The notes below the pieces were generated by a model. The model was given only the letters and a program-made list of their open reading frames with translations, was not told the origin of the DNA and made no database searches. Shown here piece after piece: positions 12,109 to 21,015 of a stretch of 48,176 nt of DNA; the first letter of the stretch is position 1, and every line of letters begins with the position of its first letter. The translations under genes were made by a program, and so were the position numbers. The stretch covers positions 1-48,176 of the forward strand of contig JACOZW010000022.1 in assembly GCA_016181145.1 (NCBI GenBank), in the 5' to 3' direction. The stretch is from Candidatus Yanofskybacteria bacterium (lineage in GTDB: Bacteria; Patescibacteriota; Minisyncoccia; 2-02-FULL-40-12; GWA2-44-9).

Positions 12109-14358
12109 ATGAGTATAAATAAAGACCCCATATTAGCAGTGATATTACGATACTTCATCTATGCGGCTGCTTTTGTGCCGCTTATTATATTTAATGATTA
12201 CGTCTCGCCGTTTCATTTCGGCAAGGTCATTATTCTCCGTAGTTTGGTTGAGGTTATGCTCGTGCTATTTATTCTGCTTATCTGGAAAGACAGGTCCTAC
12301 ATGCCCAAAATGAATAGTGTTGGTTGGTCATTTTTGCTCTTTGCAGCTGTTTTTTCCATCACCACAATAACTAGCGTAATTCCATATTCAAGCTTTTGGG
12401 GTTCGCTTGAGAGAATGGGAGGGGTTTTTACTTTTTGGCATTACTTTATCTACTTTATTATTTTAACCGCCGTCTTTCGAAAGGAATCAGACTGGATTAA
12501 TCTTTTCAGGTTAGTGATGGTTGTCGGTGTCATGTCAGCATTTTACGGCTTTGGCCAGAGAACCAACATTGCATGGATAGTCGGTTCGGGAGGGCGCGAA
12601 AGAATTTTTGGAACTATTGGAAACCCCGCCTTATTTGCAGGCTATCAAATCCTTTGTGCCTTTCTGGGCCTAACCCTCTTTTTCCGTAAGGGTAATTCCA
12701 TGAATTGGAAATTATTTTATGGAATTTTTTCGTTAATAACGGTTATTGCCGTTTTAATGACGGCTGTTCGAGGTTCTTTAGTCGGCGTAGGAGTTGGTTT
12801 TCTTTCTTTTGCTCTTTTATATACGGCGGCCTATAAATCAAAAAAGGCGAAAAAAATATTGCTCGGATTAATAACTCTTGCATTCCTATTCATTATCTCG
12901 GCTCTGCTTTTAAAAAATTCATCTTTAGTTCAGGGCTCTGGCTATCTGAAGCGCGTTACTGATTTTTCCCTAACAAGCTATACCGTTCAAACTCGATTCT
13001 GGGCTTGGGAGTCGGGCATAAAAGGCTGGAAAGAAACCCCAAAAACTATTATTTTCGGCTGGGGTCCTGAGAATTTTAATATTCCTTTCTCAAAATACTT
13101 TAATCCAAAGTTTTTTGGCGGTCCTGGCTCTGAAACGCTTTTTGACAGGGCCCACAATATGTTTGTTGAGGTTTTAGTTACTATGGGCCTTCTGGGTCTT
13201 GCGTCATATCTATATATATTTGCTTCAAGCCTCAGGGTTTTATGGAAAAAGATTCATGATGAGAATATGATTTTGTATGGTGTTGGCCTTATCCCTCTTC
13301 TGATAGCTTATGCCATCCATAATTCTTTTATTTTTGATACTTCGGCTAATTTCCTGGTTTTCTTCACTATTCTAGGATTTGTATCGCGTCTTGCGCAAGC
13401 TAAACCATTCGAAGTCAAGGCAGCTGAGACAAGGCCACGCAAAATTAATGAAGTCGCATGGTCTTTTTCGGCCATTATTTTGTTCATTTTTACTGGCGTG
13501 ATGATTTATCAGGTAAATATTCTTCCGGCAATAGCCAACTATGCCACCACTAGGGCGATTGTTGCTGGGTGGAATAAAGATTTTCCGGGTGCAATTGCAA
13601 AATATAAAGAGGTTATTGAGTATGATGTTCCCGGAAAATACGAGTACAGGCACAGGTTTGCACAGTATGTTCTCGAGCAGGCTCAGTCTAAAAAATTAAC
13701 CCCTGAATTAACAGATATAATATGGCTGGCGATTGGGGAGACGAAAAAGAATATTCAAGAAAACCCAGTTGATTATCTGCCGTATCTTTATACTGCCCGG
13801 CTCTATATAAATCTAGGCAAGGAAGATCCAAAATCTGAATATAATGATATTTCTTTAGAATTCTCACTTAAGGCGCTTGACCTGGCTCCTACTTTTATCA
13901 GGACTTATTACGAAGTTGCCCAGGCGTACCTAAATAAAAAGGATTATGAAAAAGCGATCGAATATTTTAAGGCAGCGGCCGAGCTTAACCCGGAAGCCGA
14001 AGTATCGTACTGGTATTGGGGTATTACGGAGATAGAGCGTGGTAATACAAACGAGGGTCTGGCTATAGTCGAGAGTATAGTTAGGACGGGCAAGTACATG
14101 GCATCAGAAAATGATCTTCGTCGGTTAGTCAACATTTATGTCAAGCAAAATAATTTACCGGGTGTAGTGTGGGTTTTCGAGCTTTTAGTACAGATTAGTC
14201 CTAGTGATCCTCAGTATCATGCGTCTTTGGCCTCTGCATACTCGCAAGTAGGTAAGATAGAGGAAGCCGTTGCTGAAGCTAAAACGGCTGCGAAGCTCGA
14301 TATAAAATTTGAAGCTGAGGCTAGGATGTTTGTTAACAATATTGGTGGACAGTGGTAA
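12109..14358 (+). CDS. O-antigen ligase-family (Wzy_C) membrane protein with C-terminal TPR repeats
   Basis: GTIGNP, TAVRG, FGWGPENF, DRAHN motifs, then TPR-like helices (YEKAIEYFKAAAELNP). Confidence 0.85.
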   Translation: MSINKDPILAVILRYFIYAAAFVPLIIFNDYVSPFHFGKVIILRSLVEVMLVLFILLIWKDRSYMPKMNSVGWSFLLFAAVFSITTITSVIPYSSFWGSLERMGGVFTFWHYFIYFIILTAVFRKESDWINLFRLVMVVGVMSAFYGFGQRTNIAWIVGSGGRERIFGTIGNPALFAGYQILCAFLGLTLFFRKGNSMNWKLFYGIFSLITVIAVLMTAVRGSLVGVGVGFLSFALLYTAAYKSKKAKKILLGLITLAFLFIISALLLKNSSLVQGSGYLKRVTDFSLTSYTVQTRFWAWESGIKGWKETPKTIIFGWGPENFNIPFSKYFNPKFFGGPGSETLFDRAHNMFVEVLVTMGLLGLASYLYIFASSLRVLWKKIHDENMILYGVGLIPLLIAYAIHNSFIFDTSANFLVFFTILGFVSRLAQAKPFEVKAAETRPRKINEVAWSFSAIILFIFTGVMIYQVNILPAIANYATTRAIVAGWNKDFPGAIAKYKEVIEYDVPGKYEYRHRFAQYVLEQAQSKKLTPELTDIIWLAIGETKKNIQENPVDYLPYLYTARLYINLGKEDPKSEYNDISLEFSLKALDLAPTFIRTYYEVAQAYLNKKDYEKAIEYFKAAAELNPEAEVSYWYWGITEIERGNTNEGLAIVESIVRTGKYMASENDLRRLVNIYVKQNNLPGVVWVFELLVQISPSDPQYHASLASAYSQVGKIEEAVAEAKTAAKLDIKFEAEARMFVNNIGGQW

Positions 14359-14371
14359 ATGTCTTAGATTC

Positions 14372-14400
14372 AAAAACCCCGCCGAATAAGCGGGGTTTTT
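14372..14400. terminator. Bidirectional intrinsic terminator
   Basis: AAAAACCCCGC-7 nt-GCGGGGTTTTT between convergent genes. Confidence 0.85.
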
Positions 14401-14402
14401 AT

Positions 14403-15719
14403 TTATCTTCCTCCCTGTCTTAGCGCTATATTTATTGTCTTGAGGATTACTCCCAGGTCCAGTATTAACGACCGATTTTTGATATAATAGAGATCGTACT
14501 GAAGTTTTTCTGCGGCATCGGCGACGGAAGAACCATAGCGGTAATTTATTTGGGCCCAGCCGGTTAATCCCGGTTTAATGATATATCTTTCTTCATAGAA
14601 TGGAACGCCGACCCTTAATTCATCATGAAATTCGGGTCGTTCGGCTCTGGGTCCGACAAAAGACATTTCTCCCCGCAAGATATTTGAAAGCTGAGGCAGT
14701 TCATCTATTCTTGTTTTACGCATTATTTTACCAATCCAAGTTGTGCGCGGATCATTTTCTTGAGCCCAGATGGCGCCAGTTTCTTTCTCGGCATCATTTC
14801 TCATTGTTCTGAATTTGATTATCTCAAAATTTTTTCCGTTTTGCCCTACCCTTTTCTGGCGATAAAACACCGGTCCCGGCGAGCTTATTTTTATTGCCAG
14901 GGCAATAAATGGTACGAAGGGCATAATGAGCACTTCCAAAATAATTGCAAAGACTACATCTAGAAATCTTTTTACTTCCTCATATGTTTTTTTGCTGCCC
15001 TCGCTCAAATTTTCTAAAAACCAGACTTGATTTATGGCTCCGAGAGGAACTTTGTTTGTGATCTGCTCGTAAAATGACGAGAGGTTTCTGAAGGTAACAT
15101 GATTCTCCAGGGAACGATAAAAAGTATCAATTATCTGCGGAACCTGATATGTCTCCGGAGATATGACAACAGTATTTATTCTGTCGTTTTTTATTACTTC
15201 ATCTATATTTTTCACTCCTTCTTTAGCCAGATCCATTATGTACTTTAGTTCATATCCAAGCTGGGGGTTTTCTTCAATATATTTGGCTAACTCAAGAGAT
15301 TGGGTGTTGACCCCGACTATAAGAAGGGGTTTCTTGAATCCGCTGGCATTGGCTTTGTTGAAAAGCGTTCGATCAATAGTAATAATTCCCGAGAAGACCA
15401 ATATAAAAATCATTAAATTCGTCTTTGGGGTGATATCGAATATAGGTATCAGATAGAAGAAGGCGATCGATATTGCCGAGGCAAAGACGATGGCCTTAAA
15501 TAGGCTGGAGTAAAAATCCAGGTTATTCCTCAAGAATCCTAAATCATACAGGTTCGAGATATAAAGAATCAGAAGCCAGAGACTGAAAATAAATAAAAAG
15601 GGAAGCAGGTGGATTGCATGTTGTTCGCTAAAGTTCTCCCTGTATCGGATTAAAAGAGTAATAGCCAAAGCACTATATAGTGAGGCGATATCTAAGATAA
15701 ATAACCCAGTCTTTTTCAT
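14403..15719 (-). CDS. Polyprenyl-phosphate glycosyl-1-phosphate transferase (WcaJ/WbaP-like priming sugar transferase)
   Basis: KRFLD, KFRTM, RIDELPQ, GEMSFVGPRAER, KPGLTGWAQ, YDLYY. Confidence 0.93.
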   Translation of the reverse strand: MKKTGLFILDIASLYSALAITLLIRYRENFSEQHAIHLLPFLFIFSLWLLILYISNLYDLGFLRNNLDFYSSLFKAIVFASAISIAFFYLIPIFDITPKTNLMIFILVFSGIITIDRTLFNKANASGFKKPLLIVGVNTQSLELAKYIEENPQLGYELKYIMDLAKEGVKNIDEVIKNDRINTVVISPETYQVPQIIDTFYRSLENHVTFRNLSSFYEQITNKVPLGAINQVWFLENLSEGSKKTYEEVKRFLDVVFAIILEVLIMPFVPFIALAIKISSPGPVFYRQKRVGQNGKNFEIIKFRTMRNDAEKETGAIWAQENDPRTTWIGKIMRKTRIDELPQLSNILRGEMSFVGPRAERPEFHDELRVGVPFYEERYIIKPGLTGWAQINYRYGSSVADAAEKLQYDLYYIKNRSLILDLGVILKTINIALRQGGR

Positions 15720-15798
15720 ATAATCTATCTATAATACATCATTTTTCTCTTTATGTCCACATTGAAAGGTTATTGCCGGGTGGTATGTTTATAATGCT

Positions 15799-16794
15799 AT
15801 GGCCACTAAAAATGCAAGACTAAAAATAGGAATTGTTGGGTTGGGAATGGTGGGAGACCCAGTCAGGAGATGGTTTGAAGAGATTAACGGGTATAAGCGC
15901 GGTAAGGATCTGTTTTGCTATGATGCTGATCCCAAAAAAGGGTATACCGATGATGTTAATCGGGCAGATATTATTTTTGTTTCTGTGCCAACTCCTTCAA
16001 ATCCCGACGGAAGCTGCAACGCATCTATAGTTGAGTTGGCGGTGTCCAAGATTAAGGATGGTAAGATTGTGGTTGTTAAATCCACCGTTTCTCCCGGAAC
16101 GGTAGAGGCGCTGCAAAAAAAATATCCCAGAAAAAGGATGATTTTTAATCCTGAATTTTTGACCGAGACTCAGGCGTGGGAAGATTTTCTTTCTCCTGAC
16201 AGGCAGATTATCGGAACCACCACTAAAAGCATTACTGATTCAGTTGAGGTGTTGAATCTTTTACCTAAGAAAAATTTTATCCGACCATGGACATCAGATT
16301 ATTCCAGAAAATCAGTCAATGTAACTGAGGCAGAGCTTGGCAAGTATGCTTCCAATGTTTTTGGCTATATTAAAGTTATATATGGTAATATTTTGGCTGA
16401 TCTTTGTTACGCCATGAATAAGAAATACAAGCATGACAAAGTACGGTCTGAAGTTAACTACGATAATTTAAAAGAAATTATCGGGGCGGATCTTAGAATA
16501 GGTCCGGCTTGGCTGAATGTTGAGCATGGTAATTATTGCGGGGCAGGGGGTTATTGTTTTCCTAAAGACATGAATGCATTTATAGCTTTTGCGGAAGCTC
16601 TTGAGAAGAATGCCTCGAAAAATAATTTAATCGACAGGCAGCACCTAAAAGTTTTAGAGGCAGGGGTTGCCGTACTCAAATCAGTTAAGAATTATAATGA
16701 GACTCTCATTGTTTCTCAGGGACTTACTATGGAAGATATATCGAGGCATAACAAAGAGATAATTACCCAGAAAAGAAAGAAAATCCGGCAGTAG
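15799..16794 (+). CDS. UDP-glucose/GDP-mannose dehydrogenase family, short form
   Basis: GLGMVG, VPTP, KSTV, NPEFL, AELGK, GGYCFPKD; the usual C-terminal domain appears absent. Confidence 0.85.
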   Translation: MATKNARLKIGIVGLGMVGDPVRRWFEEINGYKRGKDLFCYDADPKKGYTDDVNRADIIFVSVPTPSNPDGSCNASIVELAVSKIKDGKIVVVKSTVSPGTVEALQKKYPRKRMIFNPEFLTETQAWEDFLSPDRQIIGTTTKSITDSVEVLNLLPKKNFIRPWTSDYSRKSVNVTEAELGKYASNVFGYIKVIYGNILADLCYAMNKKYKHDKVRSEVNYDNLKEIIGADLRIGPAWLNVEHGNYCGAGGYCFPKDMNAFIAFAEALEKNASKNNLIDRQHLKVLEAGVAVLKSVKNYNETLIVSQGLTMEDISRHNKEIITQKRKKIRQ

Positions 16795-16811
16795 GTGGTA
16801 TAATAGATAGT

Positions 16812-18518
16812 ATGAATAAGAAATATCCGTCTTTTCTGATAGCCATAGTTACTGTTTCGTTTTTTCTCATCCCTAATCCTGGTAGGGCCGATGTACTCGG
16901 ACAAAAGGAATCATTTTTTGTTGATCCTGATTTTGATAAGTATAACCGGAGTCAGTTATCGGCTACTCTTCACCATGTCAGCGATAAGCTTTATTTTTAT
17001 GTCGAGGACAGTTATTGGAACGGCCTCGATACGTTTCATCAGAACTCGCTAGTCGCCAATATAACCGTCCTCGCCGAAGAGTTTGATGAGCGCATCTATC
17101 TTAAAGAGGTTCAGTTTTGGGGTTCAGAGGCCAATCCCGGAGTAGATAGTGACCCCAGAATTACGATTTTAGTGGAGCAGCTGGCCTCAAGTAATGGCGG
17201 TTATTTCAATACGGCCAACGGATATACTAAGAGTCAAATTCCAGATTCGAATAGCCGTGAGATGATATTTTTAAGTGCTGAGTCGGTAAATTCCGGATCC
17301 GAACTCACCAAAGTATTTTTGGCTCATGAGTTTCAGCATCTCATTTCGTTTAATCAGAAAGATTTAATCAATAGAATTAACGAGGATGTCTGGTTGAATG
17401 AGCTGCGTTCAGAATATTCAACATCACTCGTAGGTTATAATGATATTTATCGCAGTTCGAACTTAAACCGCCGAGTTATTTCTTTTTTAGAAAATTCATC
17501 AGATAGTCTTACTGAATGGCCGAACAAAAGCTCTGATTATGGTATTGTTTCGGTTTTTGCTGAATATCTGGCCGAACAATACGGCAAAAATATTCTGAGC
17601 GAAACTCTCCGGCTGCCCTTAAGCGGTATTGATTCTTTTAATAATTTTTTACAGGCTGGCGGTTATTATGAAAGATTCAGCGACATCTTTCTTGAATGGA
17701 TGGCCGCAGTTTATCTTAATAATATAAATTTAGGCAGTAGCTATGGTTATATCCGCCCTGAGCTTCGAGATATAAAAGTCAGGCCTCAGTCTTCGGCTTA
17801 TATGTCCGGTAGCCTGAACGAGCTCACCTCCTCCTATTCGATAAAGAACTGGCAGCCTCTCTGGCTGGAATATAATTTTGACACAGCGCTCAATAAAAGT
17901 CCGAAGATTGAAGTAGGCGGACAATCGGATCAGAATTTTATCGTCTCGTATATAACATTTTTTAACGATGGACGTGTTCGGCTGGATCGTTTGCCCATGA
18001 CTTCAGGAAAGGGCGTGGGATACGCTTCGAACCTTAACTCGGGAGTGAAGAAGATAGCGCTTTTAGCAACTAACGGAACCAAGCTATCTAAATTTTATAC
18101 CGAAGAAACTCCCTATAATTTATCGCTTAAAGTTTCGTTGGTTGATCCGTCGCTTGTTGAGAAGGCGTTATTAAAAGACGGAGCTTTGGTCAGAAAAAAT
18201 AATGAGAAGGAAATCTATGTAATCTGGGGGAAATATAAAAGATATCTAGCTCCGGGAGTTATGAATCTTTATGGTCACTTAGATCCAGCCAGTGCCATCG
18301 AGGTTTCTCCGGAGGTTTTCGATTTTTATACAACATCCAACTATGTTAAATATGCGGGTGATGAAAAAGTATATGCGGTCTGGTCCGATATCACAAAGCA
18401 TTGGCTGAATATTACGCCTCAACAATGGGATGCTTCCGGCCGTGACTGGGGAGCGATATTTACGATAAATGATTTGGAGTTGAATTATTATAAGACTGAG
18501 GCGGATATAACCAGATAA
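16812..18518 (+). CDS. Secreted zinc metallopeptidase-like protein (HExxH...E)
   Basis: N-terminal signal peptide, LAHEFQH, WLNE, two short C-terminal repeats (EKEIYVIW / DEKVYAVW). Confidence 0.65.
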   Translation: MNKKYPSFLIAIVTVSFFLIPNPGRADVLGQKESFFVDPDFDKYNRSQLSATLHHVSDKLYFYVEDSYWNGLDTFHQNSLVANITVLAEEFDERIYLKEVQFWGSEANPGVDSDPRITILVEQLASSNGGYFNTANGYTKSQIPDSNSREMIFLSAESVNSGSELTKVFLAHEFQHLISFNQKDLINRINEDVWLNELRSEYSTSLVGYNDIYRSSNLNRRVISFLENSSDSLTEWPNKSSDYGIVSVFAEYLAEQYGKNILSETLRLPLSGIDSFNNFLQAGGYYERFSDIFLEWMAAVYLNNINLGSSYGYIRPELRDIKVRPQSSAYMSGSLNELTSSYSIKNWQPLWLEYNFDTALNKSPKIEVGGQSDQNFIVSYITFFNDGRVRLDRLPMTSGKGVGYASNLNSGVKKIALLATNGTKLSKFYTEETPYNLSLKVSLVDPSLVEKALLKDGALVRKNNEKEIYVIWGKYKRYLAPGVMNLYGHLDPASAIEVSPEVFDFYTTSNYVKYAGDEKVYAVWSDITKHWLNITPQQWDASGRDWGAIFTINDLELNYYKTEADITR

Positions 18519-18620
18519 ATTTAAAGTTAAAAAATCAAAAATCAAAATTACAATGTAAAATTTAAAATTTTAAGATTTTGAATTGTCATTTTCCATTTTG
18601 ATATTTACATTTTTCATTTG
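18517..18620. repeat. AT-rich ~100-bp dispersed element, copy 2 (inverted relative to copy 1)
   Basis: Reverse complement aligns with 11983-12082. Confidence 0.7.
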
Positions 18621-19526
18621 TTTAGGTTTTACGAAAATATAGAAGCTGAACGCGATAGAATACAAAAATGTATTCAAAAATTCGGGTGGACATCGGATCA
18701 TAATCTGGATTGGTTTTGCGACAGTGTTATTAATGAGGACGGCAAGCCTGTCTTTGTTGAATTCTCGGATGGAACCGGTTTGCTGACCCACAAATATCCG
18801 GACAAATGGCGTATTTGGTCTGACCCTCTGTGCGACAGGGCTTCGGCGCCCTACAAAATCTCAGAATTTTGCGATCAGGTGCTTGCCGATAGAATAAAAG
18901 AAGTCTGGTGCGATGATATATCAGATGGCATATACCCCGAGCTTCAAAAAAATAAAAGTTTAAAATTAGATGATATTTATTACTCACTCTATTGGCCTGT
19001 TTTGGAAATGGAAGAATATAACCCCGCTCTGCCCGGAGGACACTTTAAAGATATAAGAACTGCCAAGAGTAAGTTCTATCGGGAACATAAAGTAGAAGTT
19101 ATTAAAACCTCTGATTTAGATCAAGACAAACTATTGAAAGTAGTTGATAGTTGGCTGGAAGTTATGATCAAAAAAGAGAAAGAGGATGTTTATGGTTTAA
19201 AATATCGTATGGGCATTAAGAATAATTTTAGGGGATTTACTACCGCCAGAGCTATGGTTGTTGACGGCCGGCCGGTCGGTTTTAATGCCGGTTATGAAGT
19301 TCCAAATCATTCCGGAAGATTTACTAGCGTGATCGGTCTGCACGACTATTCAGTAAAGGATTTAGGCGTTGCTTTATATCTTGAAGATTTGGACTGGGTT
19401 AAGAATGCCGGCTATAAAGAATTTGATCTGCAGGGATCGGAGTATGGGAAAGAGCTGAGAGTCAAGGAACAGTATGGAGCTAAAATTGAGAGAAAAACTG
19501 ACACTTTCTCTATTGTGAAAAAATAA
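18618..19526 (+). CDS. DUF2156-like (LPG-synthase C-terminal / tandem GNAT) protein
   Basis: GGHFKDIRTAKSKF, VDGRPVGF, GVALYLEDL, GYKEFDL, K..Y pattern; TTG start uncertain. Confidence 0.55.
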   Translation: MFRFYENIEAERDRIQKCIQKFGWTSDHNLDWFCDSVINEDGKPVFVEFSDGTGLLTHKYPDKWRIWSDPLCDRASAPYKISEFCDQVLADRIKEVWCDDISDGIYPELQKNKSLKLDDIYYSLYWPVLEMEEYNPALPGGHFKDIRTAKSKFYREHKVEVIKTSDLDQDKLLKVVDSWLEVMIKKEKEDVYGLKYRMGIKNNFRGFTTARAMVVDGRPVGFNAGYEVPNHSGRFTSVIGLHDYSVKDLGVALYLEDLDWVKNAGYKEFDLQGSEYGKELRVKEQYGAKIERKTDTFSIVKK

Positions 19527-19529
19527 GAA

Positions 19530-19547
19530 GCGCCCCCGAAAGGGCGC
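19530..19547. terminator. GC hairpin between convergent genes
   Basis: GCGCCC-6 nt-GGGCGC between the stops at 19526 and 19549. Confidence 0.55.
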
Positions 19548-19548
19548 C

Positions 19549-20214
19549 TCACAGTCTGACGGAGCTGAAGAACGAGAGGATCTTATCCTGACTCGCTCCC
19601 CGGAGAGAGAATCCGAAGTGGATTCGGAAGATCTGCTGGAGATCTTTCTGTAGATTCTTAAGTTCATCACTCCAGCGGAAACCATCCTCGAATAGATCCT
19701 CTATGCCCATCATCAGGTAGGCGTTGGCTTCATCCAGCCAAACGGAAGGATGATAACCGGCCTTTTTCAGTGCCTGGGCGATTGATTCTGTTTGATTTTT
19801 CTCTAATTTCCGTAAAACCTCTTCTCTGTAATCGGGGACCGTGTAGTAGAGCCCGTGAACGAGCTCGTGTTTCACGGTGGGCAGGTCGATCCTGCTCCCG
19901 TATGTACCGATTAAGTAAAACGGTTCGGGCATGTCGGCGAGCAGCTCGAGCAGGCGTCGCTCTTTGATAGAAAGGGGATCAAACTTGCCTTCACGGAAAG
20001 GCTGAAGAATGGAAGATGGAATGTTGAATCCAGCCCAGTCTTCGTAGTAGGTGAACTCCCCTTCGTTTTCAGCAGTATACCAATCCATAAATTCCTCAAG
20101 TGAGAAGATCTCACCGCGGAATTTCGGACTTTCATAATGCTCTTGAAAACGCAGGAAAGTGGAGGTCAGCTGATACTGACTCTCCGTTCTGACGAGAACG
20201 AGATTGCCAGACAT
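19549..20214 (-). CDS. Hypothetical HExxH (zincin-like) protein, paralog 1
   Basis: RFQEHYESP, GFNIP, HELVH, DEANAY; SD GGAGGTG. Confidence 0.75.
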   Translation of the reverse strand: MSGNLVLVRTESQYQLTSTFLRFQEHYESPKFRGEIFSLEEFMDWYTAENEGEFTYYEDWAGFNIPSSILQPFREGKFDPLSIKERRLLELLADMPEPFYLIGTYGSRIDLPTVKHELVHGLYYTVPDYREEVLRKLEKNQTESIAQALKKAGYHPSVWLDEANAYLMMGIEDLFEDGFRWSDELKNLQKDLQQIFRIHFGFSLRGASQDKILSFFSSVRL

Positions 20215-20260
20215 CGAACACCTCCAAGATATCCGAGATATTGTTTACGTGCCGTCTTTA

Positions 20261-20289
20261 ATTATACCATATATTGACAAAATAATCAA
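20261..20289 (-). promoter_or_regulatory. sigma70-like promoter for 19549..20214
   Basis: TTGATT-17 nt-TATAAT with an extended -10 TG. Confidence 0.65.
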
Positions 20290-20346
20290 GTAAACACTTG
20301 TTTTTGTCAAGACTTGCAATCCTATTCGGGTCTGCCAAGATGGGTC

Positions 20347-21015
20347 ATGCAGAACTCCAAAGCCAATATTTATCTAATAGAATCTAAGAGTCGTCAAGAT
20401 TTGGCCGGGATGTTTATGCGCTTCCAGGAGCATTATGAGTCGCCCCAGTTCAAGGGCAAGGCTTTTACCATTGAGGAATTTGCTCACTGGTATGCTTCTA
20501 AATACGGGTCCTTTAGCTATGCTAAGGATTGGTATGGTTTTAATATACCCGGCACCGTCTTAGCTCCTTTTCGTTCCGGTAATTTTAATCCCTTAACTGA
20601 TAAAGAAAAAAAGCTGATGGAGCTATGTAAAAATGCCGGTGAGAATTCATATATAATCGGCGTGACTCCGTCCGCCGAATATTTTAAAGAGACGGTTCGG
20701 CATGAATTTGTCCACGGTGCTTTCTATATAAATTCAGATTATCGTAAAGAAGTTGAAGCTTGTGTTAAAAGCCAAAGAATCAGACCGATTGATACCGGAT
20801 TGAAGAAGATGGGTTATTGCGACGAAGTGGCGATCGATGAGACTAATGCTTACGTTCTGGTTGAGCCGGACACTGTGCAGGAATACGTATCCATCCGAAA
20901 CACCCAGAAACTTAGAGAGAGTTTGGATATGATTTTTCAAAAACATTTCGGATTCTCTCTTCTAGGAGTCGAGATTCCGGCATTGATGGCTAAGACTGAG
21001 CACGTATTAATATAG
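20347..21015 (+). CDS. Hypothetical HExxH (zincin-like) protein, paralog 2
   Basis: RFQEHYESP, GFNIP, HEFVH, DETNAY; ATG 20347 chosen by alignment to paralog 1. Confidence 0.75.
   Translation: MQNSKANIYLIESKSRQDLAGMFMRFQEHYESPQFKGKAFTIEEFAHWYASKYGSFSYAKDWYGFNIPGTVLAPFRSGNFNPLTDKEKKLMELCKNAGENSYIIGVTPSAEYFKETVRHEFVHGAFYINSDYRKEVEACVKSQRIRPIDTGLKKMGYCDEVAIDETNAYVLVEPDTVQEYVSIRNTQKLRESLDMIFQKHFGFSLLGVEIPALMAKTEHVLI

Noticed and set aside
15799-16794. UDP-sugar dehydrogenase as a truncated pseudogene
   Set aside because: The ORF is intact with its catalytic GGYCFPKD and a clean stop before the next promoter; no frameshifted remainder follows
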